Counted from the stretch's first letter, positions 52,040 through 63,727 are shown. The stretch is DNA of 64,000 nucleotides from an uncultured Candidatus Rokubacteria bacterium (GCA_963708025.1 CAVPSB010000016.1:160001-224000), one strand, 5' to 3'. The notes: a model not told the origin generated them from the letters alone. Program-made: numbers and translations.

Positions 52040-52228
52040 CCGGGGGCGGGGCCGAGGAGCGAGCAGCGCTAGGACGCAGGGAGGAGCCGACCGCAGGCGT
52101 ACTCCGAGTACGCCGAGGATCGGCTCCGACCGAGGACGACCATAGGTCGGGACGGACGCCCCCACGCCGAAGGCCGTCCGATCGACGTAGGCCGAGCGCG
52201 TCCCGACCGAGATCGACGTTGCGAAGCT
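52040..52228. repeat. Structured intergenic element (MITE-like or ncRNA)
   Basis: Nested stems GGAGCCGA/TCGGCTCC, GGCGTACT/AGTACGCC and GGTCGGGACG/CGTCCCGACC. Confidence 0.55.
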
Positions 52229-52244
52229 CATCGGCCCCGCCCCC

Positions 52245-52986
52245 TTAGTAGGTGGCGCGGCCGCCGGAGAGGTCGTACACCGCGCCCGTCGAGAACGAGC
52301 ACTCGTCGGAGGCCAGCCAGGCGACCAGCGCGGCCACCTCCTCGGGACGGCCGACGCGCCCCATGGGGATCTTGGAAACGAGCAGGTCCACCGTGCTCTT
52401 CTCCATCTGCTGGAGGATCTCGGTCTCGATCACGGCCGGCGCCACCGCGTTGACCAGGATGCCGCGGGTGGCGACCTCCTTGGCGAGCGCCTTGGTGAGG
52501 CCGATGACGCCGGCCTTGGCGCTCGAGTACGGCACCAGGGTCGGGTTCCCCTCCTTGCCGGCGATCGAGGCGATGTTCACGATCCGCCCGCCGCCCTGCC
52601 CCAGCATCACCCTGATCGCCGCCCGGCAGCAGCGGAAGACGCTGGTGAGGTCCACCGCGATCACGCGGTCCCAGTCCTCGTCGGCCAGCTCCCAGATCGG
52701 GAAAGAGCGGCCGGTGATCCCGGCGTTGTTGACGAGGACGTCGAGGCGGCCCCACCGCTCGACCACCGACCGCACGGCGCCGTCGACCTCGGCGGTTTGG
52801 GTCACGTCGGCGGTCAGGGCGACGGCCTCGCCACCGACCCGCCGGGCCGCCGCCTCGACCCCGGCCTCGTCGACGTCCAGCAGCGCGACCCGGGCGCCGC
52901 CGGCGGCCAGGCGCGTGGCGATGGCGAGCCCGATGCCGCGGGCGGCCCCAGTCACCAGCGCCGTCCTCGGGCCCGGCGACCCCCCG

Positions 52987-52994
<8 letters not shown>
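52245..52994 (-). CDS. SDR oxidoreductase
   Basis: TGAARGIG, NNAGI, YSSAK, DLSGGRATY. Confidence 0.93.
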
Positions 52995-53748
<754 letters not shown>

Positions 53749-53988
53749 AACGCATCCGCGTACCCCGAGCGACACGGAGCGGCGCCCCCGAGGACTCTGG
53801 CGGTCCACAGCCGCGTCGGGGACCGGATCGAGTGCGGACCCGCCGAGTGTCGGAGCCGGCCCGGGCGACTCAGCGGCCCTCGCCGGGAGTCTGCTTGCCG
53901 GCACCAACCGCGATCCCGAGGCCTGCACGGTACAGGAGGGTCCGGCGGTTTGCCTTCCCGCGCGCGGCGCTGCTACAATGCCGCGGCC

Positions 53989-54564
53989 ATGGCTCCAGCC
54001 ACCGATCCGGCGCCGCTCACCCCCGGGGACCTGGTCGAGGACGCGGCCCGCGACCTCGCGCGTCAGTCCTACGCCCCCCGGCCGCCCATCGCCGGCGTCA
54101 CTCTGGGGGAGGTGCCCGTCTTCCGGAGCCCCGACGGGCTCTTCGCCGAGGTCGTGCGCCTGGATCCCGAGCGCCAGGTCGAGGGAGTGGCGGGGTTTCG
54201 CCCCGTCCAGTGGAACTGGAGCCTGCTCGAGCCCGGCGCCGTGAAGGCCTGGCACCTCCACCTCGACCAGGAGGACCTCTGGATCGTCCCGCCCGACTCG
54301 GCGCTGCTCGTGGGCCTCGTGGACCTCCGGCGCCGCTCCCCGACGGCCTCGACGGTTCAGCGCCTCGCGCTGGGCGGGGGGCGCTGTCACCGGCTGCTGA
54401 TCCCCCGCGGCGTCGCCCACGGGGTGGCCAACCTGGGAACGCGGCCCCAGGCGATGCTCTACGCGGTGAACCGGTTCTTCTCGGCGGATCCCGAGCAGAC
54501 CGACGAGTGGCGGCTCCCCTGGGACCGGTTCGGGGCGAGCTTCTGGGAGATGGGGCGAGGATAG
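53989..54564 (+). CDS. RmlC-like (dTDP-4-dehydrorhamnose 3,5-epimerase family) cupin
   Basis: PGAVKAWHLH, DLRRRSPT, LLIPRGVAHG; TGCTACAAT -10 element at 53971-53979. Confidence 0.85.
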   Translation: MAPATDPAPLTPGDLVEDAARDLARQSYAPRPPIAGVTLGEVPVFRSPDGLFAEVVRLDPERQVEGVAGFRPVQWNWSLLEPGAVKAWHLHLDQEDLWIVPPDSALLVGLVDLRRRSPTASTVQRLALGGGRCHRLLIPRGVAHGVANLGTRPQAMLYAVNRFFSADPEQTDEWRLPWDRFGASFWEMGRG

Positions 54565-57000
54565 CTATCGCGCCGCCACCGGCGACCCGAGGAGCGGCCG
54601 GGGGGCGGCGAGGCGGAAGACCCGGACCGGCTGCTCGACGTTCCGGAGCGCCTGCTCCCCCAGGTCCTCGCAGGCGAACTCGTTGCCCAGCCGGCTTCGG
54701 GTCTCGGGACCGAGCATGATCGTGTCCGGCTCCCCGAGGGCGGCCAGTCGCGCCGCCACGTTCGTCACCGATCCCGACGCCGTGTAGACCCAGCGCGTTC
54801 CGGCCATGCCCTCGATCTTCGTCGCCCCGACCGTGGCCACCCCGGAGTTGACGCCGATGTGGAGCGCGATGGGCTCGGGGAGGTCCCTGAGCTTGGCGTT
54901 GATCTCGTGCGTTCGCCGGACGATCCCCAGCGCCGCCTTCACCGCGGCCCGGGCGTGGCGGCGAGGGTCGACGTCCTGGAAGATCACCATGAGGCCGTCC
55001 CCGGCCGTCTCGTTCACGTCGCCCCCCCGCTTGAGCACCTCGTCCAGGAACGAGCCGAAGTAACGCTCCACCAGGCGGTTGACCTGGTCTCCGTCCAGGC
55101 GCTCGCTGAGCCGCGTGTAGCCCACGATGTCCACGAACAGGACCGAGACGTCCGTCTCGCGCTTGGCCAGCTCCGGGGCCTCCGGCGCCTGCTCGATCAG
55201 CGTCTGGACGGTCCGGGGCACGAACTTGGAGAGGTTCGACCGGATGCTCTCCAGGAGCTCCACCCGCCGCAGCGCCACCTTCAGCTCGGTGTTGACCGCC
55301 TCCAGCGTCGTGTAGGCCCGGGCGTTCTCCAAGGCGACGGCGCTCTGGTTCACCAGCACGCGGAGAAGCCGGAGGTCTTCCGTCGAGTAGGCCGCCCCCG
55401 ACCGCTTCGGGCCCAGGGCCAGGAAGCCGGTCACCCGGTCGTGGAAGACGACGGGCGCGACCAGCTCCGCACCCAGGGCCCCCATCTCGGGCAGACAGGC
55501 GTCCCGGAACTCCCGCAGCCGCGGATCCTCCTCCAGCTGCTCGCGCGTCACCGGCGCCCGGACGCGGGCGAGGCACCGCGGGAGCGGCCCCTCGGCCGGC
55601 ATCGGCGCCCCGGCCTCGACGTCGTCCTGCCCGGTCAGCACGTAGCCTCCACTCGCGTCGTGGTACAGAGCCAGGGCCTGGCGGGTCGGGTGGAGCAGGC
55701 GCTCGATCGTCTCGTGGATCAGGGCCACGATGCGCTGGAGGTCGAGTAGGCTCGTCATGGTCTCGGCGACCTGCTCCAGCGACTGCTGGATGTCGAAGCG
55801 CTCGCGGAAGAACAGACGGTCGATCACCTTCTGCGTCCGCACGTAGACGGGGTTCAGCAAGGCGACGACGGCCACGGCGACCACCCCGGCCGCCAGGAGC
55901 GGCGAGGAGGCGACGTCCAGCGTCGCGAAGGTCAGGTCGAGCAGGACGATGGCGCCGGCGTAGGCCGCCACCACCAGACCGGTGACGACCGAGTAGATGG
56001 TGCCGAGGCGGATGGCCGCCCGCACGTCGAAGAGGTTGTAGCGAACCATCGCGTAGGCGACCGCCACCGGGAACACGAAGTTGAGCTTCCACAGCTCGTT
56101 GAGGAACGGGACCGGAACCCGGAACACCGCCTCGATCGCGGTGCCGAGCACCCCCGGCAGATCCCCCACCGCGAAGCCGGCGCCGAGGACCCGCGCCCGC
56201 TGGCGAACCAGCGGGGTGGCACCCGCCACGGCGGTCCGCGCCAGCCCCGCGAGGACCAGCATCAGCGCCAGCCCCCAGTAGGCGGCGCCCACACCGGGCA
56301 GCACCACGTACTGGATCGGATGCAGGCGGACCTGCAGCAGAACCGCGAGCAGGGCGGAGATGAGGTAGGGCAGCCAGACGAGGCGGGGGTAGCGGCGAAC
56401 GATGGTGCGCCGCTGGGGGAACGTGAGCGCCAGGTGGGCGTAGATCGCGGGGGAGAACGCCCAGGCGGTCATGAACAGCGCCGTGAACCGGTAGGTCGTG
56501 TGGGCGTCGGCGTAGGTGACGTCGATGAGGAACCAGCCGAGGCAGAACGCGAGGAAGAGCCAGCTCCGCCAGACGCCCGGCTGCAAGTAGAAGACGAGCG
56601 CGCCCAGGGCGACGTAGAGCAGCCCGGCGAGCAGCCCCTCGACCAGGAAGCGCTTGAAGTCGCGGTGGGAGTACGCGCGGCTCGCGACGTCGGCCTCGAC
56701 CAGCGTGCCGCGGCGGTTGAGGAGGTAGTGGAACTTCGTCCCCACCGGGTGCCGCGCGACCTCGGCCTGGAGCTCCCGGCCGGAGGTGAGGAACTGCCCG
56801 TTGACCGCCCGGACCCAGTCGAACGGCTCGAGCCCGCCCCGCTCGGCGCCGCCGACGGCGACCAGGAGGTTCTCCATCACCATGAAGCCGGTGAAGGGCC
56901 GCCCCAGGCTCTGGTAGCGGTCGAGCGTCACCTGGCCGCCCACGAGGAGGACCAGGCTGATCAGGGCCCCGGCCAGGATCTTCCCGCGCATGGTCACCAT
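54565..57000 (-). CDS. Membrane adenylate/guanylate cyclase (PDZ-like, multi-TM, GAF, cyclase)
   Basis: VLFVDIVGYT, ETAGDGLM, VTNVAARL; GAF motif LGPKRSG. Confidence 0.88.
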   Translation of the reverse strand: MVTMRGKILAGALISLVLLVGGQVTLDRYQSLGRPFTGFMVMENLLVAVGGAERGGLEPFDWVRAVNGQFLTSGRELQAEVARHPVGTKFHYLLNRRGTLVEADVASRAYSHRDFKRFLVEGLLAGLLYVALGALVFYLQPGVWRSWLFLAFCLGWFLIDVTYADAHTTYRFTALFMTAWAFSPAIYAHLALTFPQRRTIVRRYPRLVWLPYLISALLAVLLQVRLHPIQYVVLPGVGAAYWGLALMLVLAGLARTAVAGATPLVRQRARVLGAGFAVGDLPGVLGTAIEAVFRVPVPFLNELWKLNFVFPVAVAYAMVRYNLFDVRAAIRLGTIYSVVTGLVVAAYAGAIVLLDLTFATLDVASSPLLAAGVVAVAVVALLNPVYVRTQKVIDRLFFRERFDIQQSLEQVAETMTSLLDLQRIVALIHETIERLLHPTRQALALYHDASGGYVLTGQDDVEAGAPMPAEGPLPRCLARVRAPVTREQLEEDPRLREFRDACLPEMGALGAELVAPVVFHDRVTGFLALGPKRSGAAYSTEDLRLLRVLVNQSAVALENARAYTTLEAVNTELKVALRRVELLESIRSNLSKFVPRTVQTLIEQAPEAPELAKRETDVSVLFVDIVGYTRLSERLDGDQVNRLVERYFGSFLDEVLKRGGDVNETAGDGLMVIFQDVDPRRHARAAVKAALGIVRRTHEINAKLRDLPEPIALHIGVNSGVATVGATKIEGMAGTRWVYTASGSVTNVAARLAALGEPDTIMLGPETRSRLGNEFACEDLGEQALRNVEQPVRVFRLAAPRPLLGSPVAAR

Positions 57001-57080
57001 TCTAAGGCCTCGTTCCGGACGTTTCCTGCTATCGTCTTCCCGGGCTCCGGTCCGACCACGCACGCGGAGGGGCGACACTC

Positions 57081-58013
57081 ATGACGATGGAGGGCGCGGT
57101 GAAGTTCGCAGTGGCCATCCCCCAGGCGTTCAGCCGGCCGCACGTGGACGTCCTCGGCCTCCAGACCTTCCTGGGGCGGGCCGAGGCGCTCGGGTACGAC
57201 TCGGTCTGGACTCAGGAGCAGATCCTCGGCATCGCCGGGACGCTGGAGCCGGTCACGCTGCTGGCGTACGCCGCCGCGCTGACGCGACGGGTCCGGCTGG
57301 GGGTCGCGGTGCTCATCACGCCGCTCCGGAGCCCGGTCCAGCTCGCCAAGAGCCTCGGCAGCGTGGACCAGCTCAGCGGCGGCCGCCTGATCGTCGGCGT
57401 GGGCCTCGGTGGCCGGACGAACGTCTACCCGGCCTTCGGCATCTCGGCGGAGCGCCGCGTCCGGCGGTTCGCCGAGGGCATCGAGGTGATGAAGCGGCTC
57501 TGGACCGAGGAGCGGGTGACCTTCAAGGGCGACTTCTGGACGCTGGACGACGCTCCCATGGCGCCGAAGCCGGTCCAGAAGCCCCATCCCCCGATCTGGT
57601 TCGGCGCCCGGCACCCCGACGCCCTCCGCCGGGCGGTGGCGCTCGGCAACGGCTTCATCGGGGCGGGGTCGTCGTCCACCGCTGACTTCACACAGCAGGT
57701 CGCGCTGATCCGGCAGTACCTGGCCGAGGGAAAGCGCGACCCGGCCAGCTTCGCCCTGGCGAAGCGCGTCTACCTGGCCGTCGACCCCGACAAGGCCCGC
57801 GCGATGGCGCGCCTCCGTGACTGGTTCGGCTGGTTCTACAGGAACGAGGAAATGGCGCACGAGGTCGCGATCGCGGGGAGCGCCGAGGAGTGCGCCGCCG
57901 GGCTCCGCGAGATCCGGGCGGCCGGCGCCGAGCTGCTCCTGCTGAACTTCACCTCCGACGACCTCGCGAACGCGGAGCTGGCCATGCGCGAGATCGTCCC
58001 CAGGATCGTGTAA
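57081..58013 (+). CDS. LLM-class flavin-dependent oxidoreductase
   Basis: AEALGYDSVW, DQLSGGRLIVGVG, PKPVQKPHPPIW. Confidence 0.92.
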   Translation: MTMEGAVKFAVAIPQAFSRPHVDVLGLQTFLGRAEALGYDSVWTQEQILGIAGTLEPVTLLAYAAALTRRVRLGVAVLITPLRSPVQLAKSLGSVDQLSGGRLIVGVGLGGRTNVYPAFGISAERRVRRFAEGIEVMKRLWTEERVTFKGDFWTLDDAPMAPKPVQKPHPPIWFGARHPDALRRAVALGNGFIGAGSSSTADFTQQVALIRQYLAEGKRDPASFALAKRVYLAVDPDKARAMARLRDWFGWFYRNEEMAHEVAIAGSAEECAAGLREIRAAGAELLLLNFTSDDLANAELAMREIVPRIV

Positions 58014-58102
58014 GACCGGCTGTAGCAATCGGCCCCTCCGGCACCCCCCTCCCCCCAGTGGGTGGGGGAGGGGGGCTGGGGGGGTGGGCGGGAGGTCCCG
58101 AA
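58014..58102 (+). repeat. Family 1 repeat
   Basis: Runs from the upstream TAA to GGGAGGTCCCGAATAA-ATG. Confidence 0.9.
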
Positions 58103-58105
58103 TAA

Positions 58106-58486
58106 ATGAAGGCGTACGGGCTGACCATCCTACGAATCGTCGTCGGCGCGCTCTACCTGGTCCACGGCTACCGGCTCCTGGTCGTGACGACACCGGCCGG
58201 CGCCGGACGGTTCGCCGCGGCCACCTTCGGGCTTTCCCACCCCGGCTTGATGGGCTGGGTCCTGATCGCCGTCTACGGGCTGGGGGGCCTGATGCTGCTG
58301 GTGGGCGTGCTGACCCGGGGCGCCGCCGCCGTCACCGCGCTGGTCTCGGCGGTCACGCTCGTCCGGGTCCAGCTCCCCCAGGGTGTCCTCTCGTCGAGCT
58401 TCGAGCACGCCCTCCTGCTCACGGTGGCGACGGTCACCCTCCTGATGCTCGGCTCCGGCCCCCTGGCCCTGCGTCCCTCGAAATAG
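58106..58486 (+). CDS. DoxX-family membrane protein
   Basis: ILRIVVGALYLVHG...GVLTRGAA...GSGPLAL. Confidence 0.8.
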   Translation: MKAYGLTILRIVVGALYLVHGYRLLVVTTPAGAGRFAAATFGLSHPGLMGWVLIAVYGLGGLMLLVGVLTRGAAAVTALVSAVTLVRVQLPQGVLSSSFEHALLLTVATVTLLMLGSGPLALRPSK

Positions 58487-58487
58487 G

Positions 58488-59480
58488 TCAGCGGAACGCG
58501 GGGAAGACCTCGCGGCTCAGCAGCTCCAGCTCTCGCAGGATGTGGGCGTGGGGCATCCCCGGGAAGTAGAGCCGGAAGATCAGGTGGTCGGTGCCGTAGG
58601 CCTCGACGAAGCGGCGGATCTGGGCGACGCAGCGCTCGGGGCCCCCGACCACGAAGCGGTCGGCCCCGATGGCGTCCAGCCGGTCGACCGGCGTCCGGTC
58701 CTCGGCGCCGATGAGCGGGTGCTTCCACTTCCCGCCCCCGTACTCGTCCCGGTAGTTGACCAGCAGGTGCCGCTCCGCTAGCTCGATGGCGCGGGCATCC
58801 GTGTCGGCGATGACCGTGTCCCGGGTGAGGGGCCAGGTCACCGGAGCGGGGCGCCCCGCCGCCGCCAGCTCGCGCTGGTAGGCCTGCTTGGCGTCCAGCA
58901 GCTTCGCGAGGTTCGCGGTCGGCCCGGGCACCCACGCATCGCCCAGCCGGGCCGCCCGGCGCAGCGACAGCTCGCCCCAGCCGCCGATCCAGATCGGCGG
59001 GTGAGGCTTCTGGACCGGCTTGGGCTCGATGCGCGCGTTCTCGAGCGGGTAGTGGGGCCCGGGGTGACTGACGCCATCGCGGGTCCACAGCGCGCGGATC
59101 ACCTCCAGCGCCTCCGCGAAGCGCTTCCCGCGGCCCTCGAGGGCCGTCCGGTAGAGGGCGAACTCGTCCGGCTTGTAGCCGATGGCGACGCCGAAGACGA
59201 CCCGGCCGCCGGACATGACGTCGAGGACCGCCGTGTCCTCGGCCGCCCGGACCGGGTCGTAGAAGGGCAGCACGGCGATGTCCGTGCCGAGCTGGACCCG
59301 CGAGGTCCGGGTCGCAAAGCCGGCGAGCACGACGAGCGGCGAGGGCCAGTAGTGGTCGCGGACGCCGTGGTGCTCCTCCATCCAGACCGAGTCGAAGCCG
59401 AGGGCCTCGCCGCGCTCCACCTCGGCCAGCGCCTCGCGGTAGAAGCCGCCCCCTTCGGTAGGGATGAACCCGAACCTCGC
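58488..59480 (-). CDS. LLM-class oxidoreductase; native start codon apparently missing
   Basis: RFGFIPTEGGGFY...GFDSVWMEEHHG; no canonical start directly before RFGF. Confidence 0.85.
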   Translation of the reverse strand, partial: ARFGFIPTEGGGFYREALAEVERGEALGFDSVWMEEHHGVRDHYWPSPLVVLAGFATRTSRVQLGTDIAVLPFYDPVRAAEDTAVLDVMSGGRVVFGVAIGYKPDEFALYRTALEGRGKRFAEALEVIRALWTRDGVSHPGPHYPLENARIEPKPVQKPHPPIWIGGWGELSLRRAARLGDAWVPGPTANLAKLLDAKQAYQRELAAAGRPAPVTWPLTRDTVIADTDARAIELAERHLLVNYRDEYGGGKWKHPLIGAEDRTPVDRLDAIGADRFVVGGPERCVAQIRRFVEAYGTDHLIFRLYFPGMPHAHILRELELLSREVFPAFR

Positions 59481-59481
59481 G

Positions 59482-59990
59482 CAGGCGGTCGGGTTCCGGG
59501 AGGCAGCGGCGGCGACGGCCGGGTGGGTCAGCCTCGCGCTGGCCTTCGACGTCGCGCTCTACTTCTACGCGCGGTGGACCTTCGCCCGCGATCCGCGGCT
59601 GGCCGGGGTCCCGGGATTCGACCCGGACGCCGCGGCCTGGCAGATGGCGCTCGAGTTCCTCACCGGCTACGTGGTCGAGTACTCCCTGTCCGTGGACAAC
59701 ATCTTCGTGTTCGTCCTCGTCCTCGGGTACTTCGCGGTGCCGGCGCGGCATCAGCGCCGCGTGCTCTTCTTCGGGATCCTCGGCGCGCTCGTGTTCCGGG
59801 CGGCGTTCGTCGCGCTGGGATCGGTCCTCATGCAGTTCCACTGGGTCATCCTGGATCTTCGGGGCGTTCCTAATCCTGACCGGCGTGAAGCTCGCGTTCT
59901 CCGAGAGCACCATCGAGCCCGAGCGCAACCTGCTCCTGCGGCTGCTGCGGCGCGTGATGCCGATGACGGCGGGCTTTCGCGGATGCCCGG
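59482..59990 (+). pseudogene. Alx/TerC-family internal fragment
   Basis: EFLTGYVVEYSLSVDNIFVF, QRRVLFFGILGAL; frameshift near 59850; both ends missing. Confidence 0.8.
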
Positions 59991-60026
59991 CCCCCCTTTC
60001 CCTCCCTCTCTCCCAAGGGGAGGAGG

Positions 60027-60236
60027 GAACAGAAGTTCCACACGGCGACCCGTGGCCACCGACAATCGGGCCGGCGAGTGGAGGTGTGCTTCGTCGATGG
60101 TGAGCGGCTGATCGGCTACGCGCTGGGGTACGACTCCCGGCGCCCGGGCTTCTTCCTCTTCCCGGCCGATCCGCGGAGCAACAACCTCAGGATCTTCGTC
60201 GTCTCGGGCGCCGTCGCCGCCGTGCGGTATCTGTAG
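60027..60236 (+). pseudogene. Orphan C-terminal fragment of a conserved hypothetical protein (DUF6982-like)
   Basis: GRRVEVCFVDGERLIGYALGYDSRRPGFFLFPADPRSNNLRIFVV. Confidence 0.55.
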
Positions 60237-60274
60237 CTCGTCAGGACCGGACCGCTCCGCTCCTTCGTCCTGCC

Positions 60275-61522
60275 TCACGGGCGCGGCCAGACCACCTGGC
60301 CCGCCTTCACCACGGTCTGGACGTGGTTCACGCCGTAGAGGTACGGGAGGTGGTAGTAGTTCGGGATGTCGAGCACGGTCAGGTCGCACCAGCGCTCCGG
60401 CGTCAGCTGGCCGATCTGGCCCTGGAGGCCGAGGGCGCAGGCGCCGCCGACGGTCGCGGCCCGGATCGCCTCCTCCACCGTCATCCGCATCTGGGTGCAG
60501 GCCAGCGTGATCATGAGCTGCATGTTCGGCGTGTAGGACGACCCCGGGTTGAAGTCGGTGGCGAGCGCCACCCGGACGCCGGCCTCGAGAAAGGCGCGGG
60601 CCGGGGCGTAGGGCAGCCCGAGGAAGAAGGCGGTGCCGGGCAGGAGCGTGGCGGTGACGTCCGCCGCCTTCATGGCGCGGGCGTCCTCCGGGGTCGCGTG
60701 GAGCAGGTGGTCGGCCGACAAGGCGTGGAGCTCCGCCGCCAGGGCGGCGCCGCCGGAGCGGGAGAACTCGTCGGCGTGGAGCTTCGCCCGGAGGCCGTGC
60801 TCGGCGCCGGCCGTCAGGATGCGCCGCGACTGCTCGACCGAGAACACGCCGGCCTCGCAGAAGACGTCGCAGTACTCGGCCAGCCGCTTGTCCGCCACCA
60901 TCGGGAGCATCTCGTTCACGACGAGGTCCACGTAGCCCTCGGTGTTCCCCCGGAACTCGGGCGGCACCTCGTGGGCGCCGCAGAAGGTCGCGTGGACCTC
61001 GACCGGGTGGGGATCGGCCAGGAGCCGGATCGCGTTGAGGATCTTGACCTCGTCGGCCGTGGTGAGGCCGTAGCCGGACTTGGCCTCCAGCGTCGTGGTG
61101 CCGTGCTGGAGCACGAGGTCGAGCCGCCGCATCGCCACCGCCACCAGCTCGTCGGTCGCGGCCTCGCGGGTGGCCTCGACGGTGGAGAGGATGCCGCCGC
61201 CGGCGGCCGCGATCTCCTGGTAGCTGGCGCCGGCGATCCGGCGGGCGAACTCCTCCTCCCGGGATCCGGCGAAGATCAGGTGGGTGTGGGAGTCGACGAA
61301 GCCGGGCATCACCACCCGGCCGTGGGCATCGAGCTCCCGTCCGTCCTTCAGGAGCCAGACGTTCTTGTGGATCTTGGAGGTCTTGCCGACCCAGATGATC
61401 TTGCCGGCGTTGGCGGCCAGTGCGCCGCCCCGGATGACGCCGAGCGGACCCCGGTCCAGGTCGGGGTCGAGCGTGAGCAGCTCGCCCGCCCCGGTGAGGA
61501 TGAAGTCGGCGGGCTGGGTTAT
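60275..61522 (-). CDS. hutI: Imidazolonepropionase
   Basis: PGFVDSHTHLIFAG, EAKSGYGL, DVFCE, KLHADE, ATDFNPG; start is ATA 61522 or a TTG/GTG inside the repeat. Confidence 0.95.
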   Translation of the reverse strand: MTQPADFILTGAGELLTLDPDLDRGPLGVIRGGALAANAGKIIWVGKTSKIHKNVWLLKDGRELDAHGRVVMPGFVDSHTHLIFAGSREEEFARRIAGASYQEIAAAGGGILSTVEATREAATDELVAVAMRRLDLVLQHGTTTLEAKSGYGLTTADEVKILNAIRLLADPHPVEVHATFCGAHEVPPEFRGNTEGYVDLVVNEMLPMVADKRLAEYCDVFCEAGVFSVEQSRRILTAGAEHGLRAKLHADEFSRSGGAALAAELHALSADHLLHATPEDARAMKAADVTATLLPGTAFFLGLPYAPARAFLEAGVRVALATDFNPGSSYTPNMQLMITLACTQMRMTVEEAIRAATVGGACALGLQGQIGQLTPERWCDLTVLDIPNYYHLPYLYGVNHVQTVVKAGQVVWPRP

Positions 61523-61600
61523 TCGGGACCCCCCCCACCCCCGACCCCTCCCCACCAATGGGACGGCCTTCGGCCTTTGGCGGGGGGAGGGGGGCTGGCC
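61523..61600 (-). repeat. Family 1 repeat (variant)
   Basis: CCCCCCTCCCCCC...CCAAAGGCCGAAGGCCGTCC...GGGGTCCCGAATA. Confidence 0.8.
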
Positions 61601-61663
61601 CCTGCGACGTCGGCGCTGCCCGTCGCGCAGACCGATCGCGACTGTGGTTCGCTCAGGGCGGGC

Positions 61664-63327
61664 TCACTCGCCGGTCAGGCCGGGGATGTGGAGCCCGTGG
61701 CGGCGGGCGGCGGCCAGCGCCTCGGGATAGCCGGCGTCGGCGTGGCGGACGACGCCGGTGCCGGGATCCGTGGTCAGGACGCGCTCGAGCCGGGCCGCGG
61801 TCGCGGGGGTCCCGTCGGCCACCACGACCATCCCGGCGTGGAGCGAGTAGCCGATGCCGACCCCGCCCCCGTGGTGCACCGAGACCCAGTGGGCGCCGGC
61901 GACGGCGTTGAGCAGCGCGTTGAGGATGGGCCAGTCGGCGATGGCGTCCGAGCCGTCCCGCATCGCCTCGGTCTCGCGGTACGGGCGAGGCGACCGACCC
62001 GGCGTCGAGGTGGTCGCGCCCGATCACGATCGGGGCCTTCACGCGCCCCGAGGCCACCAGCTCGTTGAAGATCGCGCCGGCACGGGCCCGCTCCCCGTAC
62101 CCGAGCCAGCAGATCCGCGCCGGCAGCCCCTGGAAGGCCACCCGCTCGCGGGCCATGCGGAGCCAGCGCACGAGGTGCGGGTCGTCGGCGAACTCGGCCA
62201 GGAGCGCCGCGTCGGTGGCGGCGATGTCGGCCGGGTCCCCCGACAGGGCCACCCAGCGGAACGGCCCCTTGCCCTCGCAGAAGAGCGGGCGGATGAACGC
62301 GGGGACGAAGCCCGGGAAGCCGAAGGCGTCGCGGACGCCGGCCTGGTCGGCCTCGGTGCGGATGTTGTTCCCGTAGTCGAAGGCGACGGCGCCGGCCGCC
62401 TGCAGGTCGAGCATCGCCTGGACGTGGACCGCGACCGACTCCCGCGCCCGACGCAGGTACTCCTCGGGATCACCGGCGCGGAGGACGCGCGCCTCCGCCA
62501 CCGAGAGGCCGCGCGGGACGTACCCGGTGAGGAGGTCGTGGGCGGCCGTCTGGTCGGTCACGACGTCGGGGACGGTCCGCCGGCGCGCCAGCTCGGGATA
62601 GACGTCGGCCGCGTTGCCGAGGAGGCCGATCGAGCGCGCCTCGCCCTTCCGGCACGCCGCCTCCACCTCAGGCGAGCGCCTCGTCGAGGGTCTCGACCGC
62701 GGTGTCGAGGTAGCGGGTCTTGAGCCGCCGCTCGATCCGCTCGGGATCGACCTCCACGCACAGGGCCACGCCGTCGTTCAGCGTCACGGCCAGCGGCTGG
62801 GCCCCGCCCATCCCGCCGAGCCCGGCCGTCAGCACCCAGCGCCCGCGGAGCGAGCCGCCGAAGCGCTGCCGGGCGCAGGCGCCGAACGTCTCGTAGGTGC
62901 CCTGGAGGATGCCCTGGGTCCCGATGTAGATCCAGGAGCCGGCCGTCATCTGGCCGTACATCGTGAGCCCGAGCGCCTCGAGCCGCCGGAACTCCTCCCA
63001 CGTGGCCCAGGCGGGGACGAGGAGCGAGTTGGCGATGAGCACCCGGGGCGCCTCGGGGGTGGTGCGGAAGACGCCGACCGGCTTGCCCGACTGGACGAGC
63101 AGGGTCTCGTCGTCGCCGAGGGTCGTGAGACAGGCGACCAGGCGGTGGTAGGCCTCCCAGCTCCGGGCGGCCTTCCCCGAGCCGCCGTAGACGACGAGGT
63201 CCTCCGGCCGCTCGGCGACCTCCGGGTCGAGGTTGTTCATCAGCATCCGGAGGGCGGCCTCCTGGGGCCAGCTCCGACAAGTCAGGCGGGAGCCCCGGGG
63301 GGCCCGGATCGGCTCGCGCGTCGTCAT
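61664..63327 (-). CDS. hutU: Urocanate hydratase with two +1 frameshifts (about 62670 and 61984; likely read errors)
   Basis: [56 protein letters not shown] spread over three frames. Confidence 0.93.
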
Positions 63328-63400
63328 GTCAGGACTCCTCACCCCGCTGCGCGCGACAGCGGCGTCGGACTGGTACGGCCGGGCGGCCGGCCAGTCACGG

Positions 63401-63727
63401 TCAGCGCTTGCGGCGCAGCCCCCCCCGGCCGTTCGTCGGGCGGGACGCGAGGCGCGAGATGAAGGTGTCCACCGGGATGGCCGCCATCGTCATCATCTGG
63501 ACCGAGCCGCGAGCGCCCAGCTCCATGGAGACCTTGGCCACCGTCTCGTTGTCCGGGGCTTCGAGGACCGTGACGAAGTCGTACGGGCCGAGGACGGCGT
63601 ACTGGGCGATGACCTTGACGCCCATCCGGCCGACCTCCGCGTTGACCTTGCGAATCGTGCCCGGGAGCTTCCGGATGACCTTCCGGCCGGTCTCGGAGAG
63701 CGTCGAGAGCATGATGTACGTCGCCAT
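63401..63727 (-). CDS. GYD-domain protein
   Basis: [17 protein letters not shown]. Confidence 0.88.
   Translation of the reverse strand: MATYIMLSTLSETGRKVIRKLPGTIRKVNAEVGRMGVKVIAQYAVLGPYDFVTVLEAPDNETVAKVSMELGARGSVQMMTMAAIPVDTFISRLASRPTNGRGGLRRKR

Noticed and set aside
61664-63327. hutU as a pseudogene, programmed frameshift, or Sec-containing protein (TGA at 62668)
   Set aside because: Both breaks are single extra bases; the TGA is created by the insertion and coding continues in another frame. Similar +1 insertions near 35733 and 59850 point to long-read error.
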